From the NCBI GenBank assembly GCA_028023455.1, contig JAQFVV010000002.1, forward strand, positions 28,086,001 to 28,150,000: DNA of 64,000 nt, written 5' to 3'. A model generated the notes under the pieces. It saw only the letters and a list, made by a program, of their open reading frames with translations. It had not been told where the DNA came from and ran no database searches. Below are positions 13,696 to 26,559 of the stretch, in pieces; positions within the stretch are counted from its first letter, which is position 1; every line of letters begins with the position of its first letter. This stretch comes from Epiperipatus broadwayi (lineage: Eukaryota; Animalia; Onychophora). Both the position numbers and the translations under genes were made by a program.

Positions 13696-13900
13696 AAGTA
13701 ATATGCAGTTGAAGCATTTATAATTTAGTCAAATATAGAGGTATATTCATACACATAAACTTTATTATATTATCCAGATAGAAGTAATATGCAGTTGAGG
13801 CATTTATAATTTAGTCAAGTATAGAGGTATATTCATACACATAAAGTTTATTATGCAGTTGAAGCATTTATAATTTAGTGAAATATGCACATAAGCATTT
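13696..13900. repeat. ~86-bp tandem repeat (about 2.5 units) that forms the Tx1 target site
   Basis: aagtaatatgcagttga(a/g)gcatttataatttagtcaa starts at 13696 and 13782, with a partial third unit at ~13852. The 25-mer atccagatagaagtaatatgcagtt occurs at both 7711 and 13772. Confidence 0.85.
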
Positions 13901-16900
13901 AGAGTCCATATAGTATTTAATTATTCTAACATAAATATTTACTTGGTCTGCTGCAAACGTATATTTTTATACATAAATTCATTAGCAGTTTTATTTATAT
14001 TTTGAAATATAGAATACAATTAACGTTTTCGTATTTCTCCATTAATTTTTTTCTTTTATTAAAATTTTTATCATAGCATTAATAATTGAATTGCTACTAT
14101 TTTTTAATTCTTACCTTATTACTTGTTGTTCTCTTTCAATACCCATGGGGCTTAATGAATGGCACAGTAGACAGGCTGGAGCTTACTTCAGGATTGTGGA
14201 TGAAGAGAAAAACGCAGGTCAACCGCCCATGTTGTATTGTTTTTTCATGGTTAAGTTTTGATTTTTCTATCTTGCTTTACTTAGTAAAACTGATAAAAAT
14301 AAACACTCTCTGATAATCCGAATTTTCCAAATATTTTGTACTTTCCCTGCTTCTTTTATTCAATATGACTTCTCAAAAGAAAAACTACTTAACCGACGAT
14401 AATAATAAAAATTATTCTCTCTAACTGATAATTCAAATTTTTCAAGCTATTTATACTTTCTGCTTATCAGAATGGATTCTCTTTATATGATGCCTGCCTT
14501 AATTGGTGTTGGTAGTATGTTTTCGTCCACGTTCGTGCCATTTCCTCCAGCTCATTGGCTATTCTTTTTGGCGATAGAAGACCGTTTTTAATTATCTGGC
14601 TATGTGTTTTTGAATTCCAATTAATTTTACATTTCTTTGCCTAAATGCATTGGCTTAACACCTAAGTTATTTTGCCTTACAAATTAATTTTCTGCAATAC
14701 AAAATAAACTTATCTTTTTTTAATGTTTAAATATATTTTTTTCTTTTTTACTTTATTGATTTCCTTTTTTTTGGATTGATGAATTTTAATAAAGAAAGAT
14801 TTACCCTTTCTTTTAATTGCAGATTTAACGTATTTGTTGTCTTTTTTTTATTTTTAATTTGACCAAATTAACTTTCTTTTTTCATTGCTGTCAATTTTCA
14901 TGATTCCTTTGTTTCTTTAAATTTTTAGTTTTCCTCAACCATTATTAAGTCTTTTCTTTTCTAACAACAAATTATGCCAGTATTTTTAAATGAGGGGGGG
15001 GATCTTTTGAATATATATACACGGGGAACAGTATATCTGTTTCAATATATATATATTGTACCAATCGGAATGAAAGTGAAGATCGAATCTAACCGCAAAA
15101 ACAATATCTGCACTACAAGGGCGCCATCTAGGCATTTGAGCCTAGAAAAATTTATAAAGTAGGCAGATACGCGCCGTTAAGATTCCACTTTATTTAAATA
15201 TTCTGATCGTTAGCCCAAGTCACTAGCTCAGTGGAGATGCAGAGATAAAAATCTATATCTTAATTTATATCTTAAATATCAAAGAGTAAAAGCCACTGCC
15301 AGAAATTAACATATAAAAATATTTATTTACACACATATAAAATAATATTTAAATTTTGAGGAATAAGTTTAACATTTTAGATTTTTATATTAACTTTTAA
15401 TTTTACATTTAACTAAGTTTCAATGAGTTTAATTATTATTTAGATAGTCAAGTATGAATAGACTACATAGATCTGCATTTGAAAAGAAAATATTCTTCCC
15501 TGATTTAACCTTAGGCAACAAATTTCGCAATCAAATTGGCGCCAATCCATCTGATACATTCATGTATTCAATGTAGCATGATACGACAACACAAAATACT
15601 ATATTGTCAGGAATGTACATCTGAACAATAAGTAGAAATAGAGAAGACATTGACTCTCCACCAACAGGAATGTGACATCTGTTGGCAAGTAGAACAATAA
15701 ACAAAAAACTCCATAGGAATGGACTGCGGTCTTCTGCCGACTTACAAACCCATCCATAGGCAAACAGAGTGTGTGTGGCGTATATCTATAATCCTGCCCA
15801 TAGCGGACCTCATACTACATCTACTAATTACACAAATATATCCAATCCATTGAACCAATTCAACTACGAAATAAATAATCTAAGATTACCCTCCCTTAAT
15901 ACAACTTTACAAAACTATATAGCCATTCACGCCCGACTTAATTTTAACATTTAAATACGTTCCCACAGATTTGTTTAAAAATGTTGGGTATAGATCGATT
16001 ACATAGATTCCACGGTCAAAAACATTTCAAAATAAACATAAACGATCAAAATACAAAATTATTGATACCGACAATCGCAGAGGGAAACTTATAAGTAACC
16101 CAATAGTATTCACCATAAGATACTTGCGTTGTCACCAATAACTTAAAAGACATCCGAATAAATACATTTTAGATACTCACCGTAAGGTATCATTATTTAT
16201 CGAATGTCTATATATTTTGATCAAATATGAAAACCAAAATATAATTAACCGCAAACGAATCCATGCAAGCGTCTATAAACAACTTAAATTTCATACATTT
16301 AAATAATCTTTACAATAAAAAAAAAAAATGGAAATGATGTTTATCAATCGGAAAACATATAAAATTAAACATTATTAATTTGATTTAAAAACTTACAAAA
16401 GTCAGATAAGAGTCCGTTTTAACATTTCAGTTGGCTTGTTTATCAATTTGTAAAACTTGATGAAAGTTCTTAATTGATTTTAACAATTGTTCATTTCATA
16501 TAGCTTATGGTAGAAGAGTCCAGGCCTCTGCTTTCAATTCCCGTGACGCCTCCGTTGGAAGGTAATGTTCTGGAGATGGCAATAGCTGGTTCAAGGTATC
16601 ACAGTCTTTTCATTTTTTTTTTTTTATAGAGAGTGTGGTATGTGCGTCATACCACATCTCTCAAACACACAACGCTGGAACTGTCCGAAAAACTGTATTT
16701 CCCTTTTTATATTATCCACAAGGATTCACTGAACAAAACGTCACTAATCTATCACTTTCGTTAGGGTCCGAGCCAAGGCTTAGTGCTTCCACTGGTCAAG
16801 CTAAAATCTCTTTCTTCTCTTATCTAACTTTTCATCTGACTTTTTAATTAAACAGCTTTTAGATAATTAATAAACAATCATTTCCATTTACAGATTACAG

Positions 16901-17184
16901 GAATTAATTAATACCTGTTTTTATTTTAACTTACGTTATTTTTTTATTAAAATATTTTTATATTTCAATCTTGTATTTTTTTTATTTAAAAAAATACGTT
17001 CAAATACTTTTTTTTTTTGTTTATGAAAAAAATATTTTTAAAGTTTAGCATCTGTGCGAATATATACGTTTAACAAACATTTTAATTTTAGCGTTTAGTT
17101 TTTTTTTCTTTTTAATACACTTATTTTTATATGCGAACTTAAAAGTTTTTATTTCCATTTAATGTAACGACATATTTATATATC

Positions 17185-20040
17185 GTTACAATATATTGAA
17201 TTCTTTGTTTCACCCACATATTTATTTCTAATCCCCTTATCTCTACACTTTTTACGTTCCATCATATAAATCCAATTAACATAATTTCTCTCTTTATCTA
17301 TATTTATTATCCAAAACCTTCATCATATTTTTCCTTTTCTTATTCACTATTCTAAATTTCACCTCAATTTTATATTTTACATTAAGCTTTTTAATTATAC
17401 TATTAACCTTCCTAACAATCCTATAATCACTTACTCTTATTCCTATATATTTGGTCTTCCCATCTCTTTCACTTACCCTTCTCCCATCCTCTTCTTCCTT
17501 TCTACATTTTCCTTCCACACTCTCAATACTCCTTATCTTTTCTGGAAACTCTCTATCCCTAAACTCCTTAAATATTGTATCTATTTCCTTTTTATAATCT
17601 TCCCTATCTGTACAATAATTATTTTTTCTAAATACCCTCAAAGTTATAGCACTAATTTTAAATTGCATATGTACATCAGACTCCCAATTCACTATATTAA
17701 CCTTCTCCATCTTTCTACACATCCCTGTTCTCACTTTACACTTCCATTTATTATACTCTTTTTTCATCATTATATCCAAATACACTAACTCATTATTCTT
17801 TTCCCATTCCATTGTAAATCTTACCTTTTTATCTATTTTATTAACTTTATCATAATACTTCTTATTTACCTCTCAATCTTATTAAATATTAATAAAAAAT
17901 CAACTACATATCTCTTAATTAAAATTGGTGCATTTTCATCATTCGCCATAGCTCCTTCCATATCTTGCATATAAATTTCACTTAACACTCCACGTAATGT
18001 CCCTCATATCAATAGCACCTCCTTCTGTTTCTAATAACTTCCATTAAACTGAAAAGTAATATCTCTACAACACAAACTCATTAAATTTTTCAACACTTCT
18101 ACTGGCATTTCTACATCTTTCTCTTTATCTCTCCTATATTTATCCATTGCCAACCCTATTGCCTTCTTTACATCTATATTTGTGTATACAGACACCACAT
18201 CCATTTTCACCATTGTCAAATTATACCTCTCATATTTTACCACCCTTTCCCTGATTTTCTCCACCAACTCCCTATTATTTTTTATAAAAGCCATACTCTC
18301 CCTATTCACATACTTTTTAAACATCTTTCCCAACCATTTTGATACCCTACCATAATATGATCCTATCCATTAATCACCGGTCTCAGCAGCATCTTTTCTT
18401 TATATAGCTTTGGTGCTCCATAAATCTTCACCACCTCACAATCCTTACTATACTTTCCATTACTCCTCTATCATTCCCTTATTACACAATCCTTTAACCA
18501 TTCCACATATCTTATTACTCTTCAACTTTGTATCATTTCTCCATATTTTTAACAAAAAATCCCTCCTTCTATAACTCCTCTATCTTTCTAATATATTCTT
18601 CTCTAGGCATTATAACCAATTTTCCACCTTTATCTGACTTCATAAAAATTACATCTCTTTCATATTCCCTTTTAATTTTCCTAACTTCATCTATCCTTAT
18701 TTTTCTTTCCATCTGATTCCTATTTTTTACTACATACTTCATTTTATATACCATATTACCAACCTCCTCTTTTAGCTCATTTATCCATTTTATAGCATTT
18801 CCATTCATAACATTATACACATCTTTATTATCATGACAATATATCCCATATTTATCCTCCAATACTTTCTGCAGTATTTTTTCCACCCCTATTTGTAATT
18901 TTATATCTTCTCTCCTACTATCTTCATATGGACCATACTTCAATCCTTTATCTTATTATCTTTGAATGTTCTTTCAATTTTATCAATGTCAAGTTACATA
19001 CATTACTTTCCCAATTCCTTTCTTCCCCTTTCTTTTCTTCTTATCCCATTAACTTATCCATTTTCTTCTTATGTCTTACACTCATCTTATCATTTATAAT
19101 ACCCCTCTTCACATAAACAAGTCTTCAAATAATTACTTTTTTTTTTCTATTAATTCTAGTCATTAGTTTCATTTCCAAATCCTTAATATCTTCATAAATT
19201 TTTTTTTATTTTTATATCCATCTCTTATACGTTCTCATAAGATTCTTTCCTCCATACTCCTTATTAAGTTTTTTTTATTTTTCATCATCCTTCACAATTT
19301 TTCCATCTACACAAAATATGGTATAACATTATTATATAGGCACCTTTCATGAACCTTATATTATTTTTAACATTATTCAATCTAATTAATAATCTTCAAC
19401 TTCTGTTTCTCATCTTCTACCACTTTAATATATTCTATATACTTCTTAACATTGTTAATGTCTTCCATTCTGGTTGTATAACCACAATATTCATAAACTT
19501 CTTTAGCCTGTTATTCTTTTGTGTATCATCTTATATTTCATATATAACTGTTATCTACTTCTTTTTTCCTCTATATTTTGATTCTTTTTATATTTCAATA
19601 TAAACTTTATTAACACTCCTTTAACACTTTAAGCAAGCAATCTTTATTTATTTATAACAGTTTCGATTGTTCTAGCAGTCTTCTTCAGATCTATAACAAA
19701 AATTATACAAATATTACATCAATCCAAACAAAATTCTTATTCTTTATATTTTCATATAGTCATCATAAAATTACAACAATGCAAAGGAAAACAACTCAAT
19801 CCAAAATTTTTAAAGAAAAATTTTTTAAAAAAATCTTTTAAAATCCAAAACATAAAAAATTAAAAATATTAAAAATTGAACTTTCTTTAAAATGATTTTG
19901 AAAAATACAACCAAAAATAAATATATAAAAATAATTCAAATTTTAAATCAAACTATGAAAATCAAAACCCTTAAAAACCCATTAATTTAAAATTAATACC
20001 AAAAAATATCATTTTGTACATAATTAAAATTACATAAATA
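17185..20040 (-). mobile_element. Penelope-like element lineage B, minus arm (pLTR, hammerhead, ORF through RT to the GIY-YIG motif)
   Basis: KSDKGGKLVIM, KMDVVSVYTNI, LCCRDITFQFNG and MEWEKNNELVYLDI, plus a WIY...YVGETK GIY-YIG motif near 17200-17280. Confidence 0.92.
19540..19695 (-). ncRNA. Lineage B hammerhead core (19652-19695) with downstream complementary module (19540-19558)
   Basis: tatagat-CTGAAGA-a-gactg-ctagaa-caatc-GAAactgttat, followed by gtagat-aacagtt-atatatg. Confidence 0.65.
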
Positions 20041-22890
20041 AATTGAAAGAAAAACATTTAAAGATAGTAAGTAAAGAATTGAAGTATGTTCCATATGAAG
20101 GTAGTAGGAGAGAAGATATTATGGAATTACAAATAGGGGTAGAAAAAAATGGTACAGAAAGTATTGGAGAATAAATATGGGATATATTATTATGGTAAGA
20201 GATGTGTATAATGTTACAAATGGAATGATATAAAATGGATTAGTTAAAAAAAGAGGTTGGTAATATGGTATATAAAATGAAATATGTAAGAGAAAATAGG
20301 AATCAGATGGAAAGAAAAATAAGGATAGATGAAGTTAGGAAAATTAAAAGGGAATATGAAAGAGATGTAATTTTTATGAAGTCAGATAAAGGTGGAAAAT
20401 TGGTTATAATGTATAGAGAATATATTAAAAAGATGGAGATGTTGAAGGAGAGATTTTTTGTTAAACTAGAAAGAAATGATATGAAGAGTAATAAGATATA
20501 TAGAATGGTTAAAGGATTGTGTAATAAGGGAATGAGAGAGGAGTAATGGAGAGTATAGTAAGTAAGAATTGTGAAGTGGCAAAGATTTATGAAGCACCAA
20601 AGCTATATAAAAAAGGGATGCTGCTGAGACCAGTGATTAATGGTATAGAATCATATTATGATAGGATATCAAAATGGTTGGGAAAGATGTTTAGAAAGTA
20701 TGTGAATAAGGAGAGTGTGGCTTTTATAAAAAATAGGGAGTTGGTGGAGGAAATCAGGGAAAGGGTGGAAAAATATGAGAGATATAACTTGGCAATGGTG
20801 AAAATGGATGTGGTGTCTATATACTCAAATAGATGTAAAGAAGGCAATAGGGTTGGCAATGGATAATTATAGGAGGGATAAAAAGAAAGATGTACAAATG
20901 CCAGTTGAAGTGTTGAAAACTTTAATGAGTTTGTGTTGTAGAGATATTACTTTTCAGTTTAATGGAAGTTATTATAAACAGAAGGAAGTGCTATTTATAG
21001 GAGGGGTATTACGTGGAGTGTTAAGTGAAATTTACATGCAAAATAAGGAAGGAGCTATGGTGAAGGATGAAAATGCACCAATTTTAATTAAGATATGTAG
21101 ATGATTTTTTATTAATATTTATTAAGATTAAAAGGTAAATAAAAAAGTATTATGATAAAGTTAATAAGATAGATAAGAAGTTAAGTTTACAATGGAATGG
21201 GAAAAGAATAATGAGTTAGTGTATTTGGAAATAATGATGAAAAAAAAGTATAGTAAAGAGAAGTGTAAAGTGAGAACAGGTGTGTTTAGAAAGATGGAGA
21301 AGGGTAATATAGTGAATTAGAATCTGATATAGTCAGGCAATTTAAAATTAGTGCTATAACTCCGAGGATATTTAGAGCAAATAATTATTGTAGATAGCAA
21401 AGATTATAAAAAGAAAATAGATACAATATTTAAGGAGTTCAGGGATAGTGAGTTTCCAGAAGAGATAATAAAGAGTATTGAGGGTGTGGAAGGAAAATGT
21501 AGAAAGGAAGAAAAGGATGGGAGAAGGGTAATTGAAAGGGATAGGAAGAACAAATAGGAATAAGTGATTATAGGATAGTTAGGAAGGTTAATATTATAAT
21601 TAAAAAGCTTAATGTAAAATATAAAAATGAGGTGAAATCTAGGAAAGTAAATAAGAGAAAAAAATATGGTTTTGGATAATAAATATATAGATAAAGAGAG
21701 AAATTATGTTAATGGGGTTTATATGATAGAGAGTAGAAAGTGTAGTGATAAGAGGGTTAGAAATAAATATGTGGATGAAACAAAGAATTTGATATACACA
21801 AAGCTGTAGCAACATAGATAGGATAAAAGTCCACTGGTATTTGTGCATATGATGGAGACAGGGCATGATTTGAAGAAGGAAAATATAAAAATTATTAGTT
21901 ATGCACATAGTAGAAGGGATAGGAAGATAAGAGAAGCATTGTAGATTAAGAAAATAAGGCCTAATATTAATAGAGGAGAGATAAGAACTTTGGTAATGTA
22001 AAATAAAAAGTAGCAAGGTTTTAGAATGATTAAAGTGAAGGGAAGTGTAAAAATTAATAAGTAAAAGGATTAAAATGTAAAGTAATTAAGTAATGGATGC
22101 TTAATAGAGAGAGCTAGTTGATGGGGGATGGTTATTGAAAAAGAAAAATGGAGAAAAGATGGAGGTAGTAGAAAAAGTTTAAGGTAAGGATATTTAAGTT
22201 TGTATGGATATTAAATGTTATAAAAGGGTAGTTAATTAAGTAAAGATGATAGGGAGTGTTAAAGTAAAAATGAATAAGGGAATTGAAGAGATGGTATGGA
22301 GGTATAAAATGAGCTAAGTAGAGTATAAATGGGTGTGTAAAAAATCAGGAAAGAATGATTTTTTAATTTGTTTTTTTTTGATATATTGGTTTTTGATTTA
22401 CGTTTTTTATTTTTAGTTTTAAGTTTAATTTTTAAATTTTGATTATTGATTTTTTGGCTTTATTTATGTCATTTTAATTATGTAGAAAATAATTTTTGAT
22501 ATTAATTTTTAGATTAATGTTTTAATGGGTTTTTAAGGGTTTTGATTTTCATGGTTTGATGTTAAAATTTCAATTATTTTTATATATTTATTTCTGGCTG
22601 TATTTTTAAAAATAATTTTAAAGATTTAATTTTTAATATTTTTACTTTTTTATGTTTTGGATTTTTAAAAGATTAAAAAAATTTTTTTTTGCTTAAAAGT
22701 TTTGAATTGAGTTGTTTTGCATTCTTGTAATTTTATGAAAATATAAAGAATAAGAATTTTGGTTGGATTGATGTAATATTTGTATAATTTTTGTTGTAGA
22801 TCTGAAGAAGACTGCTAGAACAGTCGAAACTGTTATATATAAATAAATATTGTTTGCTTAAAGTGTTAAAAGAGTGTTAATAAAGTTTAT
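20041..22890 (+). mobile_element. Penelope-like element lineage B, plus arm (5'-truncated ORF, GIY-YIG, 3' pLTR)
   Basis: Inverted homolog of 17185-19000 with the same RT motifs, GVY...YVDETK at ~21715-21785, and a pLTR with hammerhead at 22796-22840. Confidence 0.92.
22796..22840 (+). ncRNA. Minimal type I hammerhead ribozyme (PLE lineage B)
   Basis: gtagat-CTGAAGA-a-GACTG-ctagaa-CAGTC-GAA-ACtGT-t-atatat: intact core and a 5-bp helix II. Confidence 0.75.
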
Positions 22891-22900
22891 ATTGATATGT

Positions 22901-23066
22901 AATAAATGAAAGTTTGCTAATCTTTCACATGCACTAAGACAGCCAATCAGATTTTAAATAGCTGCTCCTCTGTCGTGTGTCAAAGCCTGATCATTCTTAG
23001 GGCAGCTATTTAAAATCTGATTGGCTGTCTTAGCGCATGTGAAAGATTAGAAAACTTTCATTTATT
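22901..23066. mobile_element. Hairpin MITE-like element (65-bp arms, ~36-nt loop)
   Basis: 22901-22965 is nearly the exact reverse complement of 23002-23066. Confidence 0.75.
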
Positions 23067-23115
23067 TCCAATTTATTAACAACATGCGATTTAAACAAAT
23101 ATTATTGATATGCAA

Positions 23116-23512
23116 TATAAAGAAGAGAATAAACCTTTGGTCATTTGCTTTTTATGAATTTACATGCACTCAACTGTAAGTATCAATTTAAAAATCACAA
23201 CTTATGGTTAGAGATTATCAAGTGTTATATAAATAGACTATTTAAATTCAAAATTTAATATTTATAATCACAGACAGTTAAAAATGAGATCTTTCTGCTT
23301 CTATAGAATGAATGTACAATTCGTTTGTCAAGTTATCTATCATATACACAATAAGTTAAAGCTCTGATTTCAGCATGGTGATCAAAGGTTGGCTTATATA
23401 CCAATACGCTCTAAGCATAAATGGTCCACTTGTTTTTTAAACTGAACCTTATGAGCAAGTGCCTGTAAATTCATAAAAATCACATGACCAGAGGTTTATT
23501 CCCTTCTTTATA
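23116..23512. mobile_element. MITE with ~55-bp imperfect TIRs
   Basis: tataaagaagagaataaacctttggtcat...gaatttacatgcact versus agtgcctgtaaattcat...accagaggtttattcccttctttata. Confidence 0.6.
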
Positions 23513-23805
23513 ATACATTTAATTAATGGATTCTTTCATATCTGAGGTTTATTAAACATGCATAATAATACTTGTACACAAATAATTTAATATGAATATG
23601 TAGGCATTTATATGTATTCCTCTCTCTTACAAATTCTAAAACAATTTTATTTTGATAACAAATAATATTTACAACAACTGATAAACAAATAGTTAGCTAA
23701 ACTCTTTAATATAATTCCTTGTTAACCAATTAAAGTTTGCACACTCATTACATTTCTATGCTTAATTTTTTTTATATTTTGGGTATTCTCCGCAGTTTAA
23801 CTTAG

Positions 23806-24115
23806 AAGACTGATTCCTTCTCTGAAATACTTACAAGTTGCAGATTTAGATAAGTATTTTTTCATATATATATATTCCTTAGTTAGTTTTTTTGATTATG
23901 AATCTGTGTGTATATATATTTATATTAAACAATATAATACTAAATGAATTGTTAGTTAAGTATAAGTGATGATAATCAGATCTCATGCTGAATATGCCAA
24001 ATAAGAATTGGAAAGATGTTGGGTAGTTTCATCCATTTTTGAATAGAAATTTATCACTTGCAGGCTTCTTGGTGGTTCTGCAGCATCACCTGGTGGCCAG
24101 GGTACAACTAACTGA
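23806..24115 (+). CDS. Putative last two coding exons (23806-23853, 24064-24115) of an unidentified host gene: ...RLIPSLKYLQVADLDK LLGGSAASPGGQGTTN*
   Basis: Canonical AG/GT sites, matching phase 2 across a 210-nt intron, locally GC-richer sequence, and AATAAA at ~24265. Confidence 0.5.
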
Positions 24116-24304
24116 AAACTACCAGATGTTGAATATAGAAGAGTACGGTTATGTGAAAGTACATACAGATATGTACAAAGCAATGATCAAAGTATTATTC
24201 CTAACTGTACATACATTTCTAGAGAAGAGGAACACATTAGGTTTTCCTATTGGATAAAATAATTAATAAACAAGTTTGCACATCCATTACAATCTGGTAG
24301 CTGA

Positions 24305-24600
24305 AGATATTAGTATAGACAATGGTTGAAGATTAATGGTTTGGATAAGCTTATCATGTGATTACATTTATAAAACCATCAAAGTTTGTGCAAAATCAGA
24401 ATCATTAGGGGTAGTAGGGATTGAAATGATCATTTATTAATCTACTTTCAAAACAGGTTATATTTGCTCCTTTATTAATGGGGTTTATTTAAACTTCTAG
24501 GAATATAAAAATCTGTCTGTTAAAAGTTATGTGCCAGTTCAAAGGTATAATCCATCTTTTACCTCCAGAGGTTGCTTTGAGAGCACATTAATTATGATCT
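24305..24600. repeat. Family E/F copy
   Basis: gataagcttatcatgtgattacatt...aggttatatttg...ggtttatttaaactt is homologous to 29170-29400. Confidence 0.6.
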
Positions 24601-25484
24601 GGATAATCTTAGTCAAGACATTATTCAATCAGCGTTATTAATAATATATGTAGAAATAATAATGAATTAAAAATAAAGAACTAAGACTGGATTTTTTAGC
24701 AACAAAATGTTTAATAAAGATAAAAATCAATAATAATAATTGACATAACAGTACTAGATAAAACATCTACATTCTTCTTTAAATATAATGTATACACAGA
24801 AGGGTTAATTAAGATGTATTACCAGATAATATTGTTTTCAATCATTTATTAAAATAAATTTTTATATTAAAATAACTAAATTAGTGAAATAATTCTAATT
24901 TAGATGCAATGAGAAAATATTTAGATTTACTACAAATTTCAAAATATTGGAGTATTAAAAAACAGAGCCAGGACAAGGGTGAGGGAAATGAGACACTTGC
25001 CTCAGGTGAAAGGGTGCTAAATAGGTGAAAAATGAAATTTAATAAATTATAAAATTAAAAAAAAAGCCAAATATATCTTGCAATGTTCGTCAAAGACTTT
25101 AAGCAAACAATTTGTATCAGGAGCTCTTGTTCGATACACCCATTTCCTCATGGGTACTGTTCTAGTAAGTGGTATGTATGAATATCTAAACTCGCTTGGG
25201 CACACTTGATCAATGATATCAAACAAGAGCACTTGTGAGTATGTGAGATTTGGGTACGTTTGTTATGTAAAGTACACTAATATGCATTATTTATGTAGTG
25301 TGTTAATATGATAGCAAATGGAAGGTATTAATTTAAATACATTAAAATTAAGATAAGTTGTATATTACATAAACTTGTAAAAATGATTCATTGTGTGTTA
25401 CATATTACAACTGCAATATTATTTTCCATTTTTATTTGCAATGTAATCAAAAGTGAAAAAATAAATATAAAATTTTTCTTTTTC

Positions 25485-26300
25485 AGATGAACTAATGGTA
25501 CCAAAAAAAACCCAGTGGTGCTGAATATAGGGAAAGCAGAAAATTGAGAAATGAAACAAGTCAACATAGTGTAATACAGTTGCAAAATTGGCTAGAAAAA
25601 CCAGGTACTTCAAGCAGTTCATTTGAGACAACACTGATCGAGACTCAAGAAGAGATGATTGAATTTGATGAAAACACTATCATTGAAGATTAAGAAAAAA
25701 GGACGAAAAGTTGAAGAAGAAAAAATTGAAATATAAAAAAATTTGACAGAATAAGAAAGAGATATTTAATTCTATTAATTTCAACAATCCTTCCTCATGG
25801 CTGCCTATTAGGGGTAAAATTATGTTTTATAATCGAACATTGACCAGAACAAAAAAATACTGATTTCAGGGAATCTGGTTCAGAGGATGGCAAGAGATTA
25901 TCAGAAAAATGGTTTTTTTAAAAAAAATGTTCTAATGGAGAAAGCAAGTCCACCATAACTGGTTCATTTTTTTCAAAAATATCAATGCCGATATTTTGTT
26001 TTCCATATATCCTTTTTGGTAAAGGAGATAAAACAGATTCTATCATCTGCAATCAAAGCTGAGGATTTAAAGATTGCGAAAATCTATATCAAATTTTCGA
26101 TCATGAAAATTCTTTATTTCATTGCGACATGTATTTCCATAGGAAATGCTTCGAAAAGAAACTGAAAACTGATCGTTTTATAGACGATTTTTACAAAATG
26201 CAATACAGACAGAAAAGGAAAAATGAATTATTTTATATGTTGTGTTGGATGTAATTTTATTTTGTGCAAAGAATAACTTTGCACGTTTAGACTAGTTCAT
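25485..26300 (+). pseudogene. hAT (Tip100/ZMYM-like) transposase N-terminal remnant with a TTF-type zinc-finger region
   Basis: KKPSGAEYRESRK, NPSSWLP, DFRESGSEDGKRLSEKWF and FCFP motifs. A possible TIR-like start (cagagccagg) lies at ~24963. Confidence 0.6.
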
Positions 26301-26559
26301 TTAATCCAGGAGTGATGAAAGGTAAATGGTAGAGGGAGCAATTGCACCGTGTGATTCAAAACTTGATGAAAATATAAGATTTTCTACTTTCAAATTTTTT
26401 ATTAAGTTTTATTTAGTTACATTTTTTTTATTATGTTGGTGTTAATTACGTACTTCAATTGTTCCTCCTGCAAACTAATAAATACATAGTTGATATTTAA
26501 AAATCTAACATGTTTTTAAATAAAATAAAAATACAATGAAACATTGCAATCAATTTAAA

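Noticed and set aside
14200-14260. YNMGG(V)DL-like piggyBac motif on the minus strand
   Set aside because: It needs a frameshift, the flanking translation does not support a transposase, and I found no TTAA-flanked TIRs.
450-22016. Many F/L/I/S-rich ORFs in the track (e.g. 450-719, 593-925, 18928-19116, 19349-19603, 21639-22016) as membrane proteins
   Set aside because: They are antisense shadows of purine-rich LINE/PLE coding strands.
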